Shown one piece after another: positions 19,805-33,400 of a stretch of DNA of 64,000 nucleotides. This DNA comes from Nitrospirota bacterium. Lineage in GTDB: Bacteria; Nitrospirota; UBA9217. The stretch covers positions 32,001 to 96,000 of the forward strand of contig CAWBNQ010000011.1 of assembly GCA_963790205.1 (NCBI GenBank), written 5' to 3'. The position numbers were made by a program, and so were the translations under genes. The notes under the pieces were generated by a model, which did no database searches, was not told the origin of the DNA, and was given only the letters and a program-made list of their open reading frames with translations. Position 1 is the stretch's first letter. Every line of letters starts with the position of its first letter.

Positions 19805-21238
19805 ATGAAAATTCTTTTGATTAACCCCTTCGGCTCGAACTGGGTCGAGGGCATGGAAGACAAGACCGAGACCGCCATACGCATGGCCCCCATGGGCATC
19901 CTGTCGATCGCGGCATATCTGGAACAACAGGGCATTGACGTGGAGCTTTACGACTGCCGCGGGCCGGTCACCCTCGTCGGGACCGCCGACGCTCTCGCCC
20001 GGGTCGCCGCTTTCAAGCCGGACATGGTGGGATTCACCGCGGTAACATCGAGCTTCTTGAACGCCTATCAACAGGCAGAGGACATAAAAAAGACAACGCC
20101 GCATATCAAGACCGTCGTGGGCGGCGTGCATGTGTCCGCCTTGCGCGGAAAGATCCTGGAACGATTCCCGGCTATCGATTACGTGGTGACCGGCGAAGGC
20201 GAGAAGGCCATGGCCGAACTCGCCGCAGGCGCACCGCCGAAAGCCATTCAGGGCCTGGTGTACCGTGAAGGCGCTGAAATAAAGGACAACGGCCTCAGGA
20301 CCGAGCTCTGCGAACTCGACAGCCTTCCTTTTCCGGCTTACCACAAGCTTGAGGGTTTCCCCAGGCGCTTCGAAGCCGCCTTGTTCAACTATCCCAAGGC
20401 GCCGACGGCAACGATCATTTCGAGCCGCGGCTGCCCATACCAGTGCTCCTACTGCGACCGGTCGGTGTACCGCCGGAGCTTCCGGTTCAATTCAGCGGAA
20501 TATCTGTACGAGCATATGGCATTCCTGAAAAAGAACTTCGGCATCAGACACGTGTTCTTCTACGACGACCTGTTCACGTTCAACCGCGAGCGGGTCGAAA
20601 AATTCTGCGGTCTTTTGCGCGACAAACCGCTGGGCATGACCTTTAATTGCGCCGTGCGCGTGGGGCATATCGATGACGCGCTGCTCAAGATGCTTAAAAC
20701 ATCGGGCTGCTGGATGGTAAGCCTCGGCATCGAGTCGGGAGCACCGGAGATCCTGGCGCGCCACAAGACCAAAGTTGATTTCAACGAGATGAAGACCACG
20801 GTCCGGCGCATCCAGAGGGCGGGCATCAGGGCCAAGGGCCTGTTCATGATGGGTCTTCCGGGCGAGACCGAAAAGACCATAAAAATGACAACGGACTTCA
20901 TCAACGGCCTGGAGCTTGACGATATGAACATGACCAAGTTCACGCCGTTCCCGGGGTCGCCTATCTATCAGACTATCCAAGAGGAAGGCGCGTTCACGGA
21001 AAAGTGGGAGCTGATGAACTGTCTCAATTTCGTTTACGTGCCCCGGGGGATCGAATCGAAAGAACGGCTTGACGACCTCTATAAGCAGTTTCTCAAACAG
21101 TTTTACACCGGCAGAAACTGGATCAGGAAGTTCGGCCCGCTCATGTTCAAATCTCCGCACAGCACACTGCGGATGATCAAGGGCATGCCGACCTTCCTGA
21201 AGATCAGGAAGGATTTTGAACCGAAGGGGAACGGTTAA
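19805..21238 (+). CDS. B12-binding domain radical SAM protein (class B methyltransferase-like)
   Basis: APMGILSIAAYL, VVGGVHVS, GEGE, SRGCPYQCSYC, GIESG, GLPGET. Confidence 0.92.
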   Translation: MKILLINPFGSNWVEGMEDKTETAIRMAPMGILSIAAYLEQQGIDVELYDCRGPVTLVGTADALARVAAFKPDMVGFTAVTSSFLNAYQQAEDIKKTTPHIKTVVGGVHVSALRGKILERFPAIDYVVTGEGEKAMAELAAGAPPKAIQGLVYREGAEIKDNGLRTELCELDSLPFPAYHKLEGFPRRFEAALFNYPKAPTATIISSRGCPYQCSYCDRSVYRRSFRFNSAEYLYEHMAFLKKNFGIRHVFFYDDLFTFNRERVEKFCGLLRDKPLGMTFNCAVRVGHIDDALLKMLKTSGCWMVSLGIESGAPEILARHKTKVDFNEMKTTVRRIQRAGIRAKGLFMMGLPGETEKTIKMTTDFINGLELDDMNMTKFTPFPGSPIYQTIQEEGAFTEKWELMNCLNFVYVPRGIESKERLDDLYKQFLKQFYTGRNWIRKFGPLMFKSPHSTLRMIKGMPTFLKIRKDFEPKGNG

Positions 21239-21348
21239 TCGAACTTATTTCATACCCGTGTCAGTTTAGATCAAATGTCACAGGCGCTGCAAGAAATTTC
21301 TTGACAGCAATGCGGCACTTAGGGTAAGGTAAGACCGTAAACACGAAT

Positions 21349-21383
21349 CCTCTTTAAGTCTGGTCCGGAGAGGCCAGGAAGGG
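21349..21383 (+). ncRNA. PyrR-binding loop in the pyr operon leader
   Basis: CTCTTTAAGTCTGGTCCGGAGAGGCCAGGAAGGG matches the CUUUAA / RRUCCnGnGAGGYY PyrR site. TTGACA at 21301 upstream. Confidence 0.8.
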
Positions 21384-21434
21384 TCCTGAATGAAAAACTT
21401 CAACAGCGGAATAACGCTCAAAATACACACACGC

Positions 21435-21467
21435 ACCTTCTTCCCAATCAGGGAGAAGGTTTTTTTT
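21435..21467 (+). terminator. Attenuator terminator upstream of pyrR
   Basis: ACCTTCTTCCC-AATCA-GGGAGAAGGT followed by a T run. Confidence 0.85.
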
Positions 21468-21502
21468 GTGCCTTTTTCCAAAGAGATAAGGGAATAGAAA
21501 CA

Positions 21503-22045
21503 ATGAGTATCAAGGAAAAAGCGCTGATTCTTGACAAGGCCGGCATTGATCGGGCAATGACAAGGATTGCTCACGAGATACTGGAGAAGAACAAGGGCGC
21601 GAAGGAACTCATACTGGTCGGCATCCAACGCGGCGGCGTGCACCTTGCAAAACGGCTTGCCGCCAGGATAAAGGAAATCGAAGGCGTGGAGCCGCCGGTC
21701 GGAAGTCTGGACATAACGATGTATCGCGATGATCTGGCTACGCGCAAGTCACAGCCCGTGCCGCAGGCCACGGACATCACCTTCGACATCCAGGGCAGGA
21801 CCATGGTCCTCGTCGACGATGTGATCTTTACGGGCAGGACCATCCGGGCGGCGCTGAACAGCATCATGGACTACGGCAGGCCGCAGCGCATCCAGCTCGC
21901 GGTGCTCGTTGACCGGGGACATCGGGAGCTTCCGATCCGGGCCGACTATGTTGGCAAGAACCTCCCTACCTCGGCAAAAGAAAAAGTGGAAGTGATGCTG
22001 GCGGAGGATGGGGTGGAAGAGAAGGTTGTGATTTTCGGAGAATGA
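21503..22045 (+). CDS. pyrR: Pyrimidine operon attenuation protein / UPRTase
   Basis: [45 protein letters not shown]. Confidence 0.97.
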   Translation: MSIKEKALILDKAGIDRAMTRIAHEILEKNKGAKELILVGIQRGGVHLAKRLAARIKEIEGVEPPVGSLDITMYRDDLATRKSQPVPQATDITFDIQGRTMVLVDDVIFTGRTIRAALNSIMDYGRPQRIQLAVLVDRGHRELPIRADYVGKNLPTSAKEKVEVMLAEDGVEEKVVIFGE

Positions 22046-22051
22046 GAAAAG

Positions 22052-22177
22052 CAGGGTCCAAGGGTCCAGTAGCCAGGGTACAGGAAAAGCAAATACCTGG
22101 ACCCCGGAACCTGGCCCCTGAAAGCAGGGTCAAGAGTCGCAAATAACTGGACCCTGGCCCCCGGACCCTGGCCCCTT
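22052..22177. repeat. Heptamer inverted-arm element (CAGGGTC family)
   Basis: CAGGGTC CAAGGGTC CAGTAGC CAGGGTA ... CCTGGAC CCCGGAA CCTGGCC ... GGACCCT GGCCCCC GGACCCT GGCCCCT. Confidence 0.75.
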
Positions 22178-22200
22178 GTTCCCGCGACCCGAGGTTTATT

Positions 22201-23133
22201 ATGTCACTGAGTTCCAAAGACCTGCTCGGCATAAAAGGGATGGCCGCTGATGAGATAAAGCTCATCCTCGATACGGCGGCCACGTTCAGGGACGTGTCCG
22301 AGCGCGACATCAAGAAGGTGCCGACGCTCCGCGGCAAGACGGTGATCAATCTGTTCTACGAAGCGAGCACGAGGACGCGGACGTCCTTCGAACTGGCAGG
22401 CAAACGGCTCTCGGCCGACGTGATAAACATCTCCACCTCGACCAGCAGCGTGGTCAAGGGGGAGACGCTCCTCGATACGGCGCGTAATATCGAAGCCATG
22501 AAATGCAATATCATAATCGTCCGCCACTCCTGTTCGGGAGCGCCGGAGTTCCTGTCGACACGGCTCAAGAGCTCTGTTATCAACGCCGGTGACGGCTTCC
22601 ACGAGCATCCGACGCAGGCGCTCCTCGATATGTTCACGATCCGCGAAAAGCTCGGCAAACTCGAGGGGCTGACAATCGCCATCGTGGGCGATATCGCGCA
22701 CAGCCGCGTGGCGCGTTCCAATATCTACGGCCTCACGGCCATGGGCGCTTTGGTGCGGGTCTGCGGCCCGCCGACCATGGTCCCGCCGGGGCTCGAGGCC
22801 ATGGGCGCGGAAGTCTACTACGATATGGACAAGGCGGTCGAGGGGGCTGATGTGGTCATGATGCTCAGGCTCCAGCTCGAGCGCCAGGCAGCCGGGCTTT
22901 TCCCGGGCGTGCGCGAGTATGCGAGGCTGTACGGGTTGAACAAGGCGCGGCTCGAGCGCGCCGGAAAGAGCGTGGTCGTGATGCATCCCGGCCCCATGAA
23001 TCGCGGCGTGGAGATCGCCTCCGAAGTGGCTGACGATTCTTCGGTCATCCTCGACCAGGTGACGAATGGCGTGGCAGTGCGCATGGCGGTGATGTTCCTC
23101 TTGTCCGGCGGAACAAAGACAGAAACATCGTAA
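22201..23133 (+). CDS. pyrB: Aspartate carbamoyltransferase catalytic subunit
   Basis: [28 protein letters not shown]. Confidence 0.97.
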   Translation: MSLSSKDLLGIKGMAADEIKLILDTAATFRDVSERDIKKVPTLRGKTVINLFYEASTRTRTSFELAGKRLSADVINISTSTSSVVKGETLLDTARNIEAMKCNIIIVRHSCSGAPEFLSTRLKSSVINAGDGFHEHPTQALLDMFTIREKLGKLEGLTIAIVGDIAHSRVARSNIYGLTAMGALVRVCGPPTMVPPGLEAMGAEVYYDMDKAVEGADVVMMLRLQLERQAAGLFPGVREYARLYGLNKARLERAGKSVVVMHPGPMNRGVEIASEVADDSSVILDQVTNGVAVRMAVMFLLSGGTKTETS

Positions 23134-23152
23134 ATTCAGAAAAAATTTCTTG

Positions 23153-23222
23153 GCCGCAAAAAGGCACAAGAGACGCAAGAAAAAGACAGTTCTCTTTTGC
23201 GAATTTTGCGCATCTTTGCGGC
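23153..23222. repeat. Nonamer inverted-arm element, copy 1
   Basis: GCCGCAAAAAGGCACAAGAGACGCAAGAA ... TTTTGCGAATTTTGCGCATCTTTGCGGC. Confidence 0.8.
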
Positions 23223-23238
23223 AAAAAAAGGCCCCTTT

Positions 23239-24501
23239 ATGAATCTTCTCATTAAAAACGGTCACGTGATCGACCCGGCGAACAAAGTCGATGAGAAACT
23301 CGACGTTCTCGTCACTGACGGGAAGATCGCCAAGCTTGGAAAGCCGGGATCGATATCGGCAAACGGCGCTCAGGTCATCGATGCTTCCGGCAAGCTTGTC
23401 GTGCCGGGCCTTATCGACATGCACGTGCATCTCCGGGAACCGGGGTTCGAGTATAAAGAAACGATCGCGACCGGCACGGCCGCGGCGAGGGCCGGAGGGT
23501 TCACCTCGGTCTGCTGCATGCCGAACACCAATCCGGTGAACGATAGCCGCTCCGTCACCGAATTCATCCTTGCCCAGGCGAGAAGCGCATCGGCCCGGGT
23601 TTTCCCCATTGGCGCTATCACCAAAGGCTCGAAAGGCGAGGAACTGACCGAAATGGCCGAGCTTCACACCGCAGGCTGTTTCGCGGTCTCGGACGACGGC
23701 AAACCGCTGATGAATGCGGCGATCATGCGCCGGGCCATGGAGTATTCAAGGATCTTCGACCTGCTCGTGATCTCCCACTGCGAGGACAGCTCTCTTTCGG
23801 GCAATGGGGTAATGAACGAAGGCGTTGTTTCAACCGAGCTGGGGCTCCGGGGCATCCCGCGCTCAGCGGAGGATGTGATGACCGGACGGGACATCTCGCT
23901 TGCCGAGCTTACGGGCTGCCGGCTCCATATCGCTCATGTGAGCACTGCGGGATCTGTCCGGCTCATCCGCGATGCGAAATCCCGGGGCGTGAAGGTCACT
24001 GCCGAGACCTGCCCGCACTACTTTTCTTTGACCGAAGAGGCCGTGCGGGGGTACAATACCATGGCAAAAATGAACCCCCCGCTCCGCACCGCGGACGACG
24101 TGACTGCGATCAAGCAGGGCCTGAAGGACGGGACCATCGACGTGATCGCCACGGACCACGCGCCCCATGCGCTGGACGAGAAGTCGGGCGAGTTCGATTA
24201 TGCGCCCTTCGGCGTTGCAGGCCTCGAAACGGCTCTCGGGCTCACGCTCAAGCTGGTGAACGAGGGGGCCCTTTCTCTCTCCGAGGTGGTCCGAAAACTC
24301 ACGAACAATCCCGCATCGATCTTCAAGATAGAAGCGGGAACGCTTACTGCCGGTTCGGATGCGGACATCACGATCATCGACCCAGACATCGAGTGGACCG
24401 TGGATGCGTCGGCGTTCAAGTCAAAATCCAGGAATACACCGTTCAACGGATGGAAATTGAAGGGGAAGGCGGTGCAGACGATCGTGGGAGGAAGAATTTA
24501 G
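23239..24501 (+). CDS. pyrC: Dihydroorotase
   Basis: [29 protein letters not shown]. Confidence 0.96.
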   Translation: MNLLIKNGHVIDPANKVDEKLDVLVTDGKIAKLGKPGSISANGAQVIDASGKLVVPGLIDMHVHLREPGFEYKETIATGTAAARAGGFTSVCCMPNTNPVNDSRSVTEFILAQARSASARVFPIGAITKGSKGEELTEMAELHTAGCFAVSDDGKPLMNAAIMRRAMEYSRIFDLLVISHCEDSSLSGNGVMNEGVVSTELGLRGIPRSAEDVMTGRDISLAELTGCRLHIAHVSTAGSVRLIRDAKSRGVKVTAETCPHYFSLTEEAVRGYNTMAKMNPPLRTADDVTAIKQGLKDGTIDVIATDHAPHALDEKSGEFDYAPFGVAGLETALGLTLKLVNEGALSLSEVVRKLTNNPASIFKIEAGTLTAGSDADITIIDPDIEWTVDASAFKSKSRNTPFNGWKLKGKAVQTIVGGRI

Positions 24502-25382
24502 TGCGGCGTCCGGAGTCCGGAGCTCGTAGTAGAGCGATACCCGCTATTCTGTTTGTGATACTGGCCGCAGTTTCTTCTTTTGCCGCCCAGGACCAGCAGA
24601 TACAGCAGAAGCTCATTGCTCTCGAAAAAATTCAGGGGAAATTCAGTTTCGTCGTGGTCGGAGACAACCGCTCGGGTGATGATACCTATAAAAAGATCGT
24701 TTCCATGATCGTGGAGCGCAAACCCGATTTTGTCGTCAATACCGGCGATATGATAGCGACCCCGGGCAGCAAGCGGGATTGGGCAAAGTTCTGGGAAATG
24801 TCGAAACCCATTACCGTTCCATACTTCCTGACCGTGGGAAATCATGACGCGCATCCGAAGGTCCCGTTGAGCGAAAAGACATATAAGCAGGAGGTGGACC
24901 TTCCCGGCAACGAGCTTTATTATTCTTTTCTCGCAGGCAACTCGCTCTTCATCGTACTCGATTCTTATCTTGATGACCAGGAAAAGAAAATTACCGGAGA
25001 GCAGTATGCATGGCTCGAAGGCGTGCTCTCGCGTTCACAACAGAAGCACAAGTTCGTATTCCTGCATCATCCCTTGTATACCGATGAGGGGAAGGGGCAT
25101 CATGCTCACGACAGTATCGACAGGTATCCGGACGGCAGGGACAGGCTTGAGGCCCTCTTTGCGAAGTTCAAGGTAAATGCGGTGTTCGCGGGACATGAAC
25201 ATTATTATGAACGGCGGTCCACTGACGGGATCATACATATCATCACCGGCGGAGGCGGCGCGCCGATCTATGATAAAGAAGAGTATGGAGGGTTCAACCA
25301 TTTTGTTCAAGTGACCGTGGACGGCGACAAGGTAAACGGGGAAGTCGTGGACATCAGCGGAAAAGTAAGAGACAGGTTTTAG
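24501..25382 (+). CDS. Secreted metallophosphoesterase (calcineurin-like)
   Basis: GDNR, TGDM, GNHD, FLHHP, GHEH; N-terminal signal-like stretch. GTG start inferred. Confidence 0.85.
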   Translation: MRRPESGARSRAIPAILFVILAAVSSFAAQDQQIQQKLIALEKIQGKFSFVVVGDNRSGDDTYKKIVSMIVERKPDFVVNTGDMIATPGSKRDWAKFWEMSKPITVPYFLTVGNHDAHPKVPLSEKTYKQEVDLPGNELYYSFLAGNSLFIVLDSYLDDQEKKITGEQYAWLEGVLSRSQQKHKFVFLHHPLYTDEGKGHHAHDSIDRYPDGRDRLEALFAKFKVNAVFAGHEHYYERRSTDGIIHIITGGGGAPIYDKEEYGGFNHFVQVTVDGDKVNGEVVDISGKVRDRF

Positions 25383-25419
25383 TGCGGAGTTCGGAGCGGC
25401 AAGGGAAGGTAATCTGAAG

Positions 25420-26544
25420 ATGAAAAAAGCGATACTTGCATTAGCCGATGGTTTGGTGTTCGAGGGGGAGTCCTTCGGGGCCGAGGGGGAGACTTCCGGC
25501 GAGATCGTGTTCAATACGAGCATGACCGGGTACCAGGAGATACTGACCGACCCGTCTTACAAGGGCCAGATCGTCACCATGACCTACCCGCAGATAGGCA
25601 ATTACGGCGTGAACAATGAAGACGTGGAGTCCGCGAAGCCTTACGTCGAAGGTTTTATCGTAAAGGAGTATCTGGACATTCCAAGCAACTGGCGCGCGAA
25701 GAAGTCTCTTCATCAGTATCTTGCAGAGAACGGCATTGTCGGCATCCAGGGGATCGATACGCGGGCGCTCACGCGCCATCTCCGCGACTTCGGCGCCCAG
25801 TCGGGCGTCATTTCGACCAAGGACATGGATCCCGAAAGTCTCGTGGGCAAGGCTAAGAAGCTCCCGAAGATGGCCGGCCTCGACCTTGCAAAGGATGTCA
25901 CCTGCAAAAAACCCTATACCTGGGACGAGGGAGACTGGGACCTCGAGAAGGGATATGCAAGAAAGGGGACGTCCCGAGACAAAGTCGTTGCCTATGACTA
26001 CGGCATCAAGCGGAACATCCTGCGGCTCTTAACGCAGGCTGGATGCGACGTGACCGTCGTGCCTGCGACCATGCCGGCCGAAGAAGTGCTCAAGATGAAT
26101 CCCGACGGCGTGTTTCTGTCGAACGGTCCGGGCGATCCCGAGCCCGTGACCTATGCGATCGAGAATATCAAAAAACTGCTCGGCAAGAAACCGATCTTCG
26201 GCATCTGCCTGGGCCAGCAGCTCCTGGGGCTCGCCTTGGGCGGCAAGACCTACAAGCTCAAGTTCGGCCACCACGGCGGGAATCAGCCGATCATGGATTT
26301 GACGACCTGCAAAGTCGAGATAGCTGCGGAGAACCACGGTTTCGCGGTGGACATGGAGACCATGAAGGACCAGGTCGTGATGACGCACGTGAACCTGAAC
26401 GATAAGACCTGCGAGGGCTTTCAGCATAAGACCCTGCCGGCGTTTTCGGTCCAGTATCATCCCGAGGCCTCGCCGGGACCGCATGACAGCAGGTATCTGT
26501 TCCAGCGGTTTATCGATATGATGGAGAAAGAACGGAAGAATTAG
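25420..26544 (+). CDS. carA: Carbamoyl-phosphate synthase small subunit
   Basis: [42 protein letters not shown]. Confidence 0.98.
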   Translation: MKKAILALADGLVFEGESFGAEGETSGEIVFNTSMTGYQEILTDPSYKGQIVTMTYPQIGNYGVNNEDVESAKPYVEGFIVKEYLDIPSNWRAKKSLHQYLAENGIVGIQGIDTRALTRHLRDFGAQSGVISTKDMDPESLVGKAKKLPKMAGLDLAKDVTCKKPYTWDEGDWDLEKGYARKGTSRDKVVAYDYGIKRNILRLLTQAGCDVTVVPATMPAEEVLKMNPDGVFLSNGPGDPEPVTYAIENIKKLLGKKPIFGICLGQQLLGLALGGKTYKLKFGHHGGNQPIMDLTTCKVEIAAENHGFAVDMETMKDQVVMTHVNLNDKTCEGFQHKTLPAFSVQYHPEASPGPHDSRYLFQRFIDMMEKERKN

Positions 26545-26548
26545 TTTT

Positions 26549-26645
26549 CACGCGGAGACGCGGAGAACGCGGAGTTGAAAAAGGTGAATTTGCATTACGG
26601 GTTCTGAATCCTTTTTCTCCGCGCACTTCGCGCTTCCGCGGGAGA
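26549..26645. repeat. 8/9-mer inverted-arm element
   Basis: CACGCGGAG ACGCGGAG AACGCGGAG ... CTCCGCGCA CTTCGCGC TTCCGCGGGAGA. Confidence 0.75.
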
Positions 26646-26657
26646 TGGTTTTGTTTC

Positions 26658-27563
26658 ATGGTTTTAGTGCTTTCAAAAGAAGAACTTGATGGGCGGATCG
26701 AGGCTGCCTACCTGCTCCTCGAATCCTGCCGCGTCTGCCCGCGCGAATGCGGGGTCAACCGGCTGAAGAACGATAAGCTCGGTTTCTGCAGGTCGGGTCT
26801 GAACCCGGTCATATCCAGCGTGAGCCCGCATCACGGCGAGGAGCCGCCGCTTTCCGGGATCAAAGGCTCGGGTACGATATTTTTTACCAACTGCAATCTC
26901 CGGTGCGTATACTGCCAGAACTATCCCATCAGCCAGATGGGGACTGGCGCGGAACGGACGACCGGAGAGCTTGCCTGCCAGATGCTTTGGCTGCAGGAAC
27001 AGGGCTGCCATAACCTGAACCTCGTAACGCCTACGCACTTCATGCCGCAGATTCTGAAGGCGCTCGGCATTGCCAGGGAACGGGGTTTCAATCTCCCCAT
27101 TGTATACAACACGAGCGGATATGAATCGATAGAATCGCTCAGGCTGCTCGACGGGATCGTGGACATCTATCTCCCGGACATGCGGTACTCGGATGGCCGG
27201 ATCTCATTGAGATATTCGATCGCGCCGCATTATCCCGAGATCAATTGCGCAGCGATCAAGGAAATGTACCGGCAGGTCGGCAATCTCGTGATCGATGAGA
27301 ACGGGATCGCGAAGCGGGGACTCATCGTACGGCACCTGATTTTGCCCGGCGGGTTGTCCGGCACCGAGAAGATCATGAAGTTCCTCGCAGAGGAAATCTC
27401 GAAAGACGTGTATATCAGCCTCATGTCCCAGTACTTTCCGGCATATAAGGCGGGGGAGCATGGCGAGCTCAACCGCCGCATTACCGAGAAAGAATATGAT
27501 GCGGCTTATGACATTAAGATGAAATATGGATTGAAGAACGGCTGGGTGCAGGAGTTTGAGTAA
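26658..27563 (+). CDS. PflX-like radical SAM protein
   Basis: CRVCPRECGVNR, HHGEEPPLSG, CNLRCVYCQN. Confidence 0.9.
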   Translation: MVLVLSKEELDGRIEAAYLLLESCRVCPRECGVNRLKNDKLGFCRSGLNPVISSVSPHHGEEPPLSGIKGSGTIFFTNCNLRCVYCQNYPISQMGTGAERTTGELACQMLWLQEQGCHNLNLVTPTHFMPQILKALGIARERGFNLPIVYNTSGYESIESLRLLDGIVDIYLPDMRYSDGRISLRYSIAPHYPEINCAAIKEMYRQVGNLVIDENGIAKRGLIVRHLILPGGLSGTEKIMKFLAEEISKDVYISLMSQYFPAYKAGEHGELNRRITEKEYDAAYDIKMKYGLKNGWVQEFE

Positions 27564-27601
27564 GTTCGGAGTTCGGAGTCCAGAGTTCGAAGTTCAGAGT
27601 T
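27563..27601. repeat. Single heptamer tract
   Basis: AGTTCGG AGTTCGG AGTCCAG AGTTCGA AGTTCAG AGTT. Confidence 0.7.
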
Positions 27602-27614
27602 GAGGAAGGGATAG

Positions 27615-30904
<3,290 letters not shown>

Positions 30905-30908
<4 letters not shown>

Positions 30909-31387
30909 CGCAGAAGATCCCGATGACCAAAGAAGGCTATGAAAAGCTCAAGCAGGAGCTTGACCGCATCATCAAGGTCGAGCGGCCCAAGAACATCAGG
31001 GACATCGAAGAGGCCCGCGCGCACGGCGACCTGTCGGAGAACGCGGAATTTCACGCTGCCAAGGAAAAGCAGGGCCATCTCGACGCCAAGAAACGCGAAC
31101 TGCAGAACAAGCTTGCCAATGCCCAGATCATCGACGTCTCGAAGCTTACGAACGAGAAAGTGGTGTTCGGCGCAACGGTGACGCTCGCGGACACCGAATC
31201 CGGGGACGTCAAAAAGTATACGCTCGTGGGCCAGGAAGAGGCGGACTTTAAAAAGGGGAAGATCTCGATACAGTCTCCGGTGGGCAAGGCGCTCATCGGT
31301 CACAAGGTCGGCGACGTCGTGACGATCAAGACGCCCGTAAAGACCGTGGAATACGAAATTCAGGAGATCGCGATTGCCTTCGAGTAG
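30905..31387 (+). CDS. greA: Transcription elongation factor GreA
   Basis: [29 protein letters not shown]. Confidence 0.97.
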
Positions 31388-32228
31388 GCTGCACACGGCA
31401 AAAATACTGTCACACCTGCCCGCAGGCAGAGGGTTCTACCGCCTTGTTCTCAAGGCCCCGGAAACGGCCGCTGCCGCGCTTCCGGGCCAGTTCGTCATGC
31501 TCAGGGTATCGGAGAACCTGGACCCGCTCCTTGCCCGTCCCTTCGGCATCTCATCCGTTCCCTCAAGATCATCCATCGAAATAATCTATCGCGTTGTCGG
31601 CAGAGGGACCGCTCTGCTTACGCGTAGGTCGGCGGGACAAGAGCTGAGCGTGCTCGGTCCGCTCGGGAAGGGTTTTCCCATGCCGGGTAAAGACACGACG
31701 CCGGTCCTCGTGGGCGGCGGAAGCGGTTTTCCCCCGCTCCACTTTCTCGCGCAGCGCGCCGGCTCGCGCGCCCATTTCTTCATCGGCTCAAGAAATAAGG
31801 AATGTCTTCCGCCCGCAAGCATCATAAAAAGCTTCAGGGATGTCACTTTCAGGGTGCATATCGCGACCGAAGACGGGAGTACGGGCGTTCGCGGGATGTC
31901 TACCGACATCCTGAATGCATTTTTGTCGAAGACGGAGAACAAGACCCGTCTGGCGATCTATGTCTGCGGACCCCATGCCATGCTCGCGGCAGTGAGCAGG
32001 ATCGCCGAAGAACATTCGATCCCCTGTTACGTTTCAATGGAAGAACGCATGGCCTGCGGCCTTGGGGCCTGCATGGGCTGCTCGGTCCCGATAAAGGCCG
32101 GCGGGTACAAGCGGGCGTGCAAGGAAGGACCGGTGTTCGATTCGAGAGTGATCGATTGGAGCGAGCAGGTGTTTCTGAAGGTAAGAAGGCAGGAAGGTGG
32201 GAAGGCGAGCAAGGCGCGGAACAAATAA
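31374..32228 (+). CDS. pyrK: Dihydroorotate dehydrogenase electron transfer subunit
   Basis: PGQFVML, RPFGI, GPLGKGF, EERMACGLGACMGC...CKEGPVF; TTG start after AGGAG. Confidence 0.92.
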   Translation: MPSSRLHTAKILSHLPAGRGFYRLVLKAPETAAAALPGQFVMLRVSENLDPLLARPFGISSVPSRSSIEIIYRVVGRGTALLTRRSAGQELSVLGPLGKGFPMPGKDTTPVLVGGGSGFPPLHFLAQRAGSRAHFFIGSRNKECLPPASIIKSFRDVTFRVHIATEDGSTGVRGMSTDILNAFLSKTENKTRLAIYVCGPHAMLAAVSRIAEEHSIPCYVSMEERMACGLGACMGCSVPIKAGGYKRACKEGPVFDSRVIDWSEQVFLKVRRQEGGKASKARNK

Positions 32229-32280
32229 TCCGAAATCCTGATCCACACAAGCCTGGAAGCAAAACGGGCAAGACTTTTTG

Positions 32281-32364
32281 GCCGCGAAGATGCGCAAAAT
32301 TCGCAAAAAGTTTAAACCCTTTAAATCGAGTGCTTTTCTTGCGCTTTTTGTGCCTTTTTGCGGC
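32281..32364. repeat. Nonamer inverted-arm element, copy 2 (opposite orientation to copy 1)
   Basis: GCCGCGAAGATGCGCAAAATTCGCAAAA ... TTCTTGCGCTTTTTGTGCCTTTTTGCGGC. Confidence 0.8.
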
Positions 32365-32458
32365 TAAACGATTTTATTTTCAACACGTGTTTATCCGCTT
32401 GCGTTTTGGTAATAGCCGGGCATGTCCATCCGTGGCAAACAGGGTTTATTGTAATGTC

Positions 32459-33400
32459 ATGAAGAAAAAGACGCCGATAATATCAAAACCCGACCTCTCA
32501 GTAGACTTCGCCGGGATCAAGTTCAAGAACCCGGTGCTCACCGCGTCAGGCACGTTCGGCTACGGCGAGGAGTTTGCGGAGTTCGTCGATCTGAACAAGC
32601 TGGGCGGCGTGATCGTCAAGGGCATTTCGCTTAAGGCCATCAAGGGCAATCCTCCGCCTCGTATCTGGGAGACGCCGTCCGGGATGCTGAATGCCATAGG
32701 CCTTGAAAACCCGGGCGTCGATGTGTTCCTGGGCGAAAAACTTCCTTATCTCAGGAAGTTCGATACCGCGGTGATCGTGAATGTCTTCGGATACAGTCCG
32801 GAGGAGTATGTGGGCGTTGTTGAACGGATCGAGGGTGCAGCGGGAGTGTCCGGCATCGAGGTGAACATCTCCTGCCCGAACGTGAAGGCCGGCGGTATGG
32901 CCTTCGGCACGGACCTCAAGGCGACCTTTGAACTGCTCTCGGCTGTCCGCAGGGTAACCCGGCTTCCGCTTATCGCCAAGCTCTCCCCGAATGTTACGGA
33001 CATCACGGAGTTCGCCAGGACCGCGCGTGACGCGGGATGCGACGGGCTGTCGCTCATCAATACGCTCTTGGGCATGGCGATCGACGTGCGCTGCAGGAGG
33101 CCCCGTCTCGCGAACTGCACCGGGGGCCTTTCCGGTCCGGCGATCAGGCCGGTCGCCGTGCGCATGGTATGGCAAGTATCTCAGGCCGTAAAAATCCCGA
33201 TCATCGGGATGGGAGGCATTGTCACGGGCGAGGACGCTCTCGAGTTCATCCTGGCAGGCGCCTCGGCCGTGGCAGTCGGCACCTCAAACTTCGTCAATCC
33301 GCGCGCCACCCTCGACGTGCTTGCCGGCATGGAGCGGGTCATGCTCGAACAGGGCGCCGGGGATATCAGGGGGCTCGTCGGGAAGGTGAACGTCGGATGA
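32459..33400 (+). CDS. pyrD: Dihydroorotate dehydrogenase (family 1B) catalytic subunit
   Basis: KNPVLTASGTFGYG, NAIGLENPG, NISCPNV, KLSPNVTDI, GGLSGPAI. Confidence 0.96.
   Translation: MKKKTPIISKPDLSVDFAGIKFKNPVLTASGTFGYGEEFAEFVDLNKLGGVIVKGISLKAIKGNPPPRIWETPSGMLNAIGLENPGVDVFLGEKLPYLRKFDTAVIVNVFGYSPEEYVGVVERIEGAAGVSGIEVNISCPNVKAGGMAFGTDLKATFELLSAVRRVTRLPLIAKLSPNVTDITEFARTARDAGCDGLSLINTLLGMAIDVRCRRPRLANCTGGLSGPAIRPVAVRMVWQVSQAVKIPIIGMGGIVTGEDALEFILAGASAVAVGTSNFVNPRATLDVLAGMERVMLEQGAGDIRGLVGKVNVG

Noticed and set aside
1..21238. Claim that the organism makes ladderanes
   Set aside because: Similar islands occur in non-anammox bacteria; gene resemblance cannot specify the product
31802..33396. 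N-terminally extended PyrD (532 aa) and kinase (612 aa) from the ORF track
   Set aside because: Extensions overlap pyrK/pyrD in another frame and cross a repeat; true starts are 32459 and 33397
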